Positions 57,651 through 64,000 of a stretch of 64,000 nucleotides of DNA are shown here, one piece after another. Location: contig JAYPJE010000005.1 in the NCBI GenBank assembly GCA_038128265.1, positions 1 through 64,000 on the forward strand, written 5' to 3'. The stretch's first letter is position 1. Every line of letters begins with the position of its first letter. This DNA is from Gemmatimonadota bacterium. GTDB lineage: Bacteria > Latescibacterota > UBA2968 > UBA8231. The translations under genes were made by a program, and so were the position numbers. The notes beneath the pieces were generated by a model, which was not told the origin of the DNA, did not search any database, and saw only the letters and a list, made by a program, of their open reading frames with translations.

Positions 57651-58826
57651 ATGCCCGCGCCGTCCCAATCGCAGCGCATGCGCGCAGTGCAGCCGCCCGT
57701 CATTCCCCACGTCGCCGGGCTCATCCGCCAAACGCCTGGCACCATTTCCCTAGGCCAGGGCGTGGTGCACTATCCGCCCCCGCCGCAGGCGCTGGCTGCA
57801 TCCAGTGCATTTGGCGAGCATCTGGGCGAACACCACTACCAGGCGGCGCGCGGCCTACCCGAACTGCAGGAGGCCCTGCGGGCAAAGCTGTCGGCGGAGA
57901 ACGGTATCGAAGTCGATGACGAGCGCGTTCTCATGGTTACGGCGGGCAGCAATATGGGCTTCTATCACGCCCTATTGGCCATCGCTGACCCCGGTGATGA
58001 GATCATTATTGCCGCGCCGTTTTACTTTAACCACGAAATGGCCATCGCCATGGCCAACTGCCGCGCCGTTGCCGTGCCGACCGATGGCAACTACCAGCTG
58101 CGCCTCGACGCGATCGCCGCAGCCATTGGCGAGCGCACGCGCGCCATTGTTACCATCTCACCCAACAACCCCACCGGCGCTGTCTATCGGCCAGAAGACC
58201 TCCGCGCCGTAAACCGCCTGTGCAAGCAGCACGGCCTCTACCATTTCTCCGATGAGGCCTACGAGTATTTTACCTACGAGGGCGCGGCGCATTTTTCGCC
58301 GGCTTCGCTGGCCGACAGTGCCGCCCACACGATATCGCTCTTTTCGTTTTCCAAAGGCTACGGCATGGCCTCGTGGCGCGTAGGCTACCTGGTCGCGCCG
58401 GTACACCTACTGACCGCACTCGAAAAAGCGCAAGACACCATCCTGATCTGTCCGACCGTTATTTCGCAGCAGGCAGCGCTGGGGGCTCTGCGCGCCGGTC
58501 GGCACTATTGCCAGCAGTTTTCTGAAGATCTAGCGGCCGTGCGCCGACTGTGCCTATCCCGCCTCGACGAGCTGGGCGAACGCTGCCACGTGCCCGACGC
58601 CCGCGGAGCTTTTTACCTGCTCGCGCGTCTAAATACCACATTGCCCGCGCTCGACGTGGTTGAGCGCCTAGTGCGCGCGTACCGCGTCGCCGTCATACCG
58701 GGCGAAGCATTTGGCCTGACGGATGCCTGCCACGTGCGCATCGCCTTTGGTGCGCTGCGGAGCGACACCGTAGCCGAGGGGATGGATCGCCTAGTACATG
58801 GCCTAAAAAAAATTCTTTCTCCCTGA
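57651..58826 (+). CDS. PLP-dependent class I aminotransferase
   Basis: ISLGQG, SPNNPTG, SDEAY, SFSKGYGMASWRVGY. Confidence 0.93.
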   Translation: MPAPSQSQRMRAVQPPVIPHVAGLIRQTPGTISLGQGVVHYPPPPQALAASSAFGEHLGEHHYQAARGLPELQEALRAKLSAENGIEVDDERVLMVTAGSNMGFYHALLAIADPGDEIIIAAPFYFNHEMAIAMANCRAVAVPTDGNYQLRLDAIAAAIGERTRAIVTISPNNPTGAVYRPEDLRAVNRLCKQHGLYHFSDEAYEYFTYEGAAHFSPASLADSAAHTISLFSFSKGYGMASWRVGYLVAPVHLLTALEKAQDTILICPTVISQQAALGALRAGRHYCQQFSEDLAAVRRLCLSRLDELGERCHVPDARGAFYLLARLNTTLPALDVVERLVRAYRVAVIPGEAFGLTDACHVRIAFGALRSDTVAEGMDRLVHGLKKILSP

Positions 58827-58836
58827 GCACATCGGC

Positions 58837-58866
58837 TTGACATTGAGGAGCTTTTTGCTTTATGTT
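58837..58866 (+). promoter_or_regulatory. sigma70 promoter
   Basis: TTGACA-N18-TATGTT. Confidence 0.7.
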
Positions 58867-58876
58867 TCTCTCTACA

Positions 58877-58994
58877 AAGAGTGACCTGAATCCGCAAAAG
58901 AATATCCAAGAGGAAGTCTACCACACTTCTGAGCTGTGGCGCTTCGACAAACGTTGTAAACGATATTCTGGCGGGTTGGTCGCTCTTCTTTTTT
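58877..58994 (+). ncRNA. Candidate structured small RNA or leader (long interrupted hairpin followed by a U-tract)
   Basis: Five stacked helices with G-U pairs favouring the + strand, directly after a TTGACA promoter and ending in CTTCTTTTTT. Confidence 0.6.
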
Positions 58995-59010
58995 GCGCTA
59001 CATTCTACGC

Positions 59011-61740
59011 ATGAAACCTCCGCTGCACAGATGGGCTGTTGGCTTTCTCATCGCGCTCTTCTTCGCTCCTGCTGCCGTCGCTCAATCGATACAGGTCACA
59101 CCCGGCACGCTGCGCATGCAGCCCACCGCACCGGGCGTTCCAATAGAGGCTGAACTTCAGCTGAGAAACGTCGAAGACGAGGCCATCGAAGTAATCGTCC
59201 GCGTGCCGCAGGGGCCATTCTCCACACCAGCAGATACGCTACGGATAGCGGCCGGATCACAGCAGCCGATACCCATCGTCTTTGCCGCATCGTCCATCGG
59301 TGCATACGAAGAGGCCCTAACGCTACAGACCCGTGGCTTTTTCAAGGGCGAAGACCAGGTGATTCCACTGCGTGCCAGCGTCGTTCAGGCACAGCTCGCC
59401 GCGCTACCCGCCGACTCGCTCACTTTTGAACCCATGGATTTAGGCCAGACCAGTGAGGCCTTTTTCGCCCTGAAAAACGTCGGTGACGTAGCGGTGCGCA
59501 TCGATAGTGTGCACTGGATGCAGACCCCAACGCCTTTCGTCCTGGTCGGCGATGTGCCGACCGTTCTCCGTCCCGGACAGCAGGTTGAACGGGCCATTCA
59601 CCTGCGCGCCAAGCGCGGCGGACTGTATTCCAACGCGCTGCGCATTACCTCGCCGGACCACCCACCTCTGCAACTCGATGTGAGCGCCCGCGTGCGCGCG
59701 CCGAGTGCGGCAGTATCTCCTCTGCCAGAGGTCGGCGCGGCGTATCAGACCGTCGATATCGGACAAAGCGTCACGCGCACAATCACCGTTCTCAATCGCG
59801 GCGATGCCGACCTGCAGATCAAATCGGCCGAAGTGACAGGCAGTGGTTTTCTGCCCCCAGCCAACCTGCTGCCAGCCAAGCTGTCACCGGACGAGCGCCT
59901 GGAGGTCGCCGTGCGCTTTCAGCCAAAAATTGAAGGCGCCGCACTGGGCCAGCTGCGTCTGCAAACCAGCGACCCGGAAGCGGCAGACCTGCACATCCCC
60001 CTGCGTGGAGAAGGCCAGATCAGCCCGCCGCGCATCGAAGTGCTCAATGGCACTGGTATCCACTTTGGCAGCGTGCCACTGGGCCAGACACAGCGCGACC
60101 ACATCCTGCTGTGGAACCGCGGAGGAAGCCCCTATACGGCGCGGTTGGACCTGCGCGAAGACTACGGTGCAGAATTTGAGCTGGGCAACGGTGCACTGCT
60201 GCTACAGCCAGGAGAAAGTGGCAAGATAGCGCTCGATTTCTCGCCCAAGGAAATCGGTCTGCGCCAAGCAGCACTCGGCATCTCCACCGAAGACGGTGAG
60301 CGCTCGCTGCGCCTGCAGGGCATCGGACAGTTTCTCAAGCTCAGCCCTGCCACCGTCGACTTTGGTCAGATTGCCGTCGGCGAGACCAGCAGTCAGATCG
60401 TTGAGCTGGCCAACATCGGCAACGCAGACCTCACCATCAACCGCATCCGTTCGACGAGCGAAGACTTTACGCTGTATACGCAAATTGATCCAGCAGACCG
60501 CCTAATTCTACCGGCCAACAGCTTGCGCACGCTGCCTGTGCACATCGCCTTCAATCCCTCTTCGCGCGGCACCATTTCCGGCAACCTGCGCATCGACGGC
60601 TTCTGGGAGGAGGGCACGGAAACGCTGGATGTACTGCTTAACGGCACCGGCGTGGCCGCCGAAATCGAGATTAATCCGACGGGCGTCATTGACTTTGGCT
60701 ACGTCGTGCTCGGCAATACGGAAGAGCGCACGCTGGTCGCGACCAATTCGGGCGACACCACGCTGCAGGTCGAAGCACACCCGGAAACACCCGAAGTCCG
60801 CGTCGATCCCACGCACTTTTCGCTGGGTCCGGGTGAATCGACGCGCCTGCAGGTATTTTTTAGCCCGCAAGCGCTAGGCGAACGACTCGGGCGCGTGCTG
60901 TTGGTGAGCAACGACGTAAAAGACAAGGCCAGACCGCTGACATTTAAGGGCCAGGGCGCGCTAGAAAATATCGACCTAGCCAGCATTACTCGCCTTATTG
61001 CAACGCGCAAAGAGCAGGCCCAGCCCCTAGCGGTTGGGTGGAACAGCACGCCGGTTGTGCAAAAAGACGAGACCAAAATCGACGTCGCCTTTGACATGCC
61101 CGACTCGCTGCGCCAGGCGCTGGTCGGCCGCGAGTTCACCATAGAGTGGACAACGCTCGACGCCAACTACGACCCCAAAGGAGGCACCAAACAGACCTCG
61201 GTCAAAATCTACGACTCCAGCGAGGGCCGCGTCTTAGCCGAAGACATCAACCTGCGCCTATTGGAAAAAGACACGCGGCGAGTGCGTTTGAAAATTACTA
61301 CACGCAGCTATCCGGGCGCGCCGCCCCAGAGCATTAGTCAGGTGCTACAGGCCGGTGGGTGGAAGTGGGAATTCGAGGCAAAGCCCCTGCTGTCTTTTTT
61401 AACTATACGGCCGGGACGCGACTACAAAGATGCGCAGGGCGAGCCCGTAAAAGGCAAGACAGAGCGCCTTATTGGGCTCCCGGGACTGGCTTTTGCCGGA
61501 TGGCACAACGTCGACAACCCCTCGATTTCGGGCATCCACTTTACGGCCATTGGCAACGTATTGGAAGCGCTTTCTACGGAGAATTCGCTGGCTGTTTCGC
61601 TGGGGCTAGCCGTCTCTTTCTACAAAGACCAGTTTCTTTTTGGCTTTGGCTGGGACGTATACGACACGCGTCCCAAGAACAAGCGCAAAGGATCGCAGGA
61701 CTACATCATGACCTTCAAGTATTCGGGCCTGTTTAAGTAG
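59011..61740 (+). CDS. Large exported protein with ~6 ASH / choice-of-anchor D Ig-like domains
   Basis: Signal peptide ending AVA-Q; repeated [IV]xFGx[VI]x[LV]G...NxGxxxL...L.PG...FxP...G.G units. Confidence 0.85.
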   Translation: MKPPLHRWAVGFLIALFFAPAAVAQSIQVTPGTLRMQPTAPGVPIEAELQLRNVEDEAIEVIVRVPQGPFSTPADTLRIAAGSQQPIPIVFAASSIGAYEEALTLQTRGFFKGEDQVIPLRASVVQAQLAALPADSLTFEPMDLGQTSEAFFALKNVGDVAVRIDSVHWMQTPTPFVLVGDVPTVLRPGQQVERAIHLRAKRGGLYSNALRITSPDHPPLQLDVSARVRAPSAAVSPLPEVGAAYQTVDIGQSVTRTITVLNRGDADLQIKSAEVTGSGFLPPANLLPAKLSPDERLEVAVRFQPKIEGAALGQLRLQTSDPEAADLHIPLRGEGQISPPRIEVLNGTGIHFGSVPLGQTQRDHILLWNRGGSPYTARLDLREDYGAEFELGNGALLLQPGESGKIALDFSPKEIGLRQAALGISTEDGERSLRLQGIGQFLKLSPATVDFGQIAVGETSSQIVELANIGNADLTINRIRSTSEDFTLYTQIDPADRLILPANSLRTLPVHIAFNPSSRGTISGNLRIDGFWEEGTETLDVLLNGTGVAAEIEINPTGVIDFGYVVLGNTEERTLVATNSGDTTLQVEAHPETPEVRVDPTHFSLGPGESTRLQVFFSPQALGERLGRVLLVSNDVKDKARPLTFKGQGALENIDLASITRLIATRKEQAQPLAVGWNSTPVVQKDETKIDVAFDMPDSLRQALVGREFTIEWTTLDANYDPKGGTKQTSVKIYDSSEGRVLAEDINLRLLEKDTRRVRLKITTRSYPGAPPQSISQVLQAGGWKWEFEAKPLLSFLTIRPGRDYKDAQGEPVKGKTERLIGLPGLAFAGWHNVDNPSISGIHFTAIGNVLEALSTENSLAVSLGLAVSFYKDQFLFGFGWDVYDTRPKNKRKGSQDYIMTFKYSGLFK

Positions 61741-62704
61741 CGTTCTGCGTCTTCCAGCCTTCGTAAATCATCGCCGCAGCGCACAGGTCCTGCACCGCCA
61801 ACCCAGTCAAGTAGGCGCATGCGCGCGGCCTGCCGGCTCGGCCCAAGGCCGCATCGCCTATCGTCAGCGCATCCCCGCTTTCTCCGCGCATCAGGTCGAT
61901 GCGCTCTAGCTGCTGCTGCGCGCGCGCCCAGCGAAACTCACCCGACTTTTCCGCCTGTTCCCACAGGTCGACCAAAACCGGTCGCCTCTCCAGCACCGCG
62001 CTCTCCACCTGGCGCGTCCGGCTGTCTCCCCCCATAACGACGAGATAGTCGATCTCTTCTACCGACTGCACCCCGACGATAGGCTCCGGCGTAGGCACGG
62101 CCATTAATAGCGCATCGACATCGCGCATACATTCGCCCTGGGTGGCAACCATATTCAGTGGGGCGCGCATCTCAGAGCCCACATCGCGTGCAAACGCATC
62201 GCGGTTTTCCGCACGGCGACTGGTGCAGCGGACCTCCTGCAAGTCGAATAGCCCATCGCAGGCCAGCGTCAGGGCACGTGCGACGCGCCCCGTGCCTAAA
62301 AGGGCGATGCGACGAATCGGCCTAGTCGCAATATACTGGAGCGCCAGGGCGCCAGCGGCCCCCGTGCGCATATCCGTTATATGACCGGCATCAAGGCGCA
62401 CCGCATTGTCTCTAACCAGGTCGCGCAGTTCGATATAGGCTTCGCGCCGAGCCAGCTGTCCGCTAGACACGTCGGAAAATTCTTCAATGCGCTTGCAGGC
62501 ACTGTAGCGTCCTGGCCACTCGGCTGGCATGACCAGGCTGAAGTGATCCATACCGCGCTGGCGATCGACGTGCTCTTCCCGCAGGGGATTGCTCAACGTA
62601 GCGTCGCCAAAGAGCTGGAACGCCTGGCTACAGCACGCTACGTAGTCGCTCATCGAAAATGCTTCAACAAAATCTTCTTCTCTAATCTCTACTGTGTTCG
62701 ACAT
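61733..62704 (-). CDS. Ornithine cyclodeaminase / mu-crystallin family
   Basis: ITDMRTGAAGA, ALLGTGRVA, TGLAVQDL. Confidence 0.85.
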   Translation of the reverse strand: MSNTVEIREEDFVEAFSMSDYVACCSQAFQLFGDATLSNPLREEHVDRQRGMDHFSLVMPAEWPGRYSACKRIEEFSDVSSGQLARREAYIELRDLVRDNAVRLDAGHITDMRTGAAGALALQYIATRPIRRIALLGTGRVARALTLACDGLFDLQEVRCTSRRAENRDAFARDVGSEMRAPLNMVATQGECMRDVDALLMAVPTPEPIVGVQSVEEIDYLVVMGGDSRTRQVESAVLERRPVLVDLWEQAEKSGEFRWARAQQQLERIDLMRGESGDALTIGDAALGRAGRPRACAYLTGLAVQDLCAAAMIYEGWKTQNAT

Positions 62705-63048
62705 CTCTACCCGCTTGAATGTGGTCACCGCAAACTGGTCCTATCGAACCAACGACTAATCTAAGCACTCATCCCGACACGCCCACGATCCGTTTTCGCA
62801 ATCGCGCGTACTTCATCAATATTGCTGCAGGACAAAGTCCATTCCCTTGGTTCTAACCGCCGGTAGTGCGTCTATCAAACAGGTGCGGACAACACGCCGT
62901 AAAACGCCGATAAGTGCCTTTTTTCACGGCCTATAGCGCCCGTCTGTAGTTGACTTAATCGCCCGTTTTCCATTCATTTAAAGCGTCTATTTTGCTCGCG
63001 CACGGCGGTCCGTTTGGCCGCTGCGCTGGACGTGGGGAGCGCTCCCGA

Positions 63049-63486
63049 GTGCACGAAAAGATACTTTGGCTTTTGGCTGGGGCGACCGGCACCATCATTT
63101 TGGCTATCGCTGCTTGGCCAGAGTTTAGTTCCCGATCGATCGATCCCTCCGTCGCACCGCCTGTAGCAGCAGAACCCGCTCCTCTGCCGCAAGCCGTGCG
63201 CGTAGAAATTCTCAACGGCTGCGGCGTCTCCCAGGTAGCGGCGCGCCTGACGCGCCAAGCGCGCCAAGTTGGTTTGGACGTAATCCACGAAGGTAATGCC
63301 GATCATTTTGGCTACCAGCACACGCTGGTCATACGCCGCGGCGGCGAGCGCCGGCACGCCGAGCAGGTTGCCGCTGTGCTCGGCATACCGCACCTGATAG
63401 ACCAGCAGATCGAACAGGATTTCCGCCTCGCGGATGTCACCATCATCATCGGCCGCGACTTTAAACGCATCAACCTATTTCGCTGA
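63049..63486 (+). CDS. LytR C-terminal domain membrane protein
   Basis: TM helix, then VRVEILNGCGVSQVA, GNADHF, ADVTIIIGRD. Confidence 0.88.
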   Translation: MHEKILWLLAGATGTIILAIAAWPEFSSRSIDPSVAPPVAAEPAPLPQAVRVEILNGCGVSQVAARLTRQARQVGLDVIHEGNADHFGYQHTLVIRRGGERRHAEQVAAVLGIPHLIDQQIEQDFRLADVTIIIGRDFKRINLFR

Positions 63487-63516
63487 GAAATGGGTGAAAG
63501 GACGCCACCGCTTTTC

Positions 63517-63924
63517 ATGAAACACCACGAAGACCCGAGAATAGATCAGATCGTAGAAGTCCTGCAAGACAAGAAGGGCGTGGATATCCTACTGATGGAC
63601 CTGCGCGGCCTTTCCGATGCCGCCGACTATTTTGTCCTCTGCACCGGCACGTCCGAACAACACGTGCGAACGCTGGCAGACGAGGTGGCCCAATCACTCA
63701 AAGAAGCCGGCGATCCGCCCTGGCATATCGAGGGCATGGCGACGCGCCGTTGGGTATTAGTCGACTTCGTCGATATCGTAGTCCATGTGTTCCGCCAAGA
63801 AGCGCGCGACTTTTACGCGTTAGAGCGCTTATGGGGGGATGCCAAATGCACGGAATTTGCCGATGCATGGGCAGCAGCACCGGTACGAGAGCAGCGCACG
63901 CCTTTTGAATTTTCCCAGTCCTAA
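63517..63924 (+). CDS. rsfS: Ribosome silencing factor RsfS (Iojap)
   Basis: DKKGVDI, DYFVLCTGTSEQHV, WVLVDFVDIVVHVF, FYALERLWGDA. Confidence 0.96.
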   Translation: MKHHEDPRIDQIVEVLQDKKGVDILLMDLRGLSDAADYFVLCTGTSEQHVRTLADEVAQSLKEAGDPPWHIEGMATRRWVLVDFVDIVVHVFRQEARDFYALERLWGDAKCTEFADAWAAAPVREQRTPFEFSQS

Positions 63925-64000
63925 TGCCCGTTCAAACGCTAAAATGGCAGGATGATGCGCTCGTCCTGATCGATCAGACACAGCTACCTGAAGCGCTGGT
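63924..64000 (+). CDS. mtnA: S-methyl-5-thioribose-1-phosphate isomerase (partial, 5' end)
   Basis: TAATG overlap with rsfS; MPVQTLKWQDDALVLIDQTQLPEAL matches the MtnA N-terminal W...L..IDQ..LP pattern. Confidence 0.8.
   Translation, partial: MPVQTLKWQDDALVLIDQTQLPEAL

Noticed and set aside
58877..58987. SRP (4.5S) RNA or c-di-GMP riboswitch
   Set aside because: No GNRA-capped helix-8 motif (CAGG..GGAA..AGCA) and no GEMM consensus on either strand.
62705..63048. Short ORFs or RNA in the OCD / LytR_C gap
   Set aside because: Only short frames of about 30 codons or fewer without support, and no stable long pairing seen.

Overview
GC-rich bacterial chromosomal window, densely coding, with no tRNA, rRNA, CRISPR array or transposase that I can recognise. 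The left third (1-24.5 kb) is an energy, stress and regulation region: thioredoxin, Usp, cold-shock protein, nitronate monooxygenase, adk, pckA, an alternative sigma-70 factor, an 11-subunit complex I operon (nuoABCDHIJKLMN, no nuoEFG), a PilZ protein plus NtrC-type activator, and a two-subunit molybdenum hydroxylase. The middle holds housekeeping and envelope genes (comEC, fxsA, yhbY, class I lysS, infA, phosphohexomutase, zapA, CYTH). The right part holds many catabolic enzymes (C45 hydrolase, CehA/McbA hydrolase, CnbZ-like deaminase, CoxL-like Mo enzyme, DHDPS family), a large ASH/Ig-repeat surface protein, and LytR_C-rsfS-mtnA. Main non-obvious signals: (1) four minus-strand genes each carry a GG-N10-GC sigma54 promoter with a shared TGNGAC-N6-GTCNCA palindrome about 40-95 bp upstream, in three cases as tandem pairs 30-31 bp apart, suggesting a local sigma54/NtrC regulon that includes a sigma54-to-sigma70 cascade; (2) an unannotated ~110-nt rod-shaped RNA at 58.9 kb with its own promoter and U-tract; (3) a stand-alone flagellin-like mini-protein with a perfect palindromic operator; (4) an archaeal-looking KsgA. 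All family assignments are motif recognition by eye; no database searches were run.
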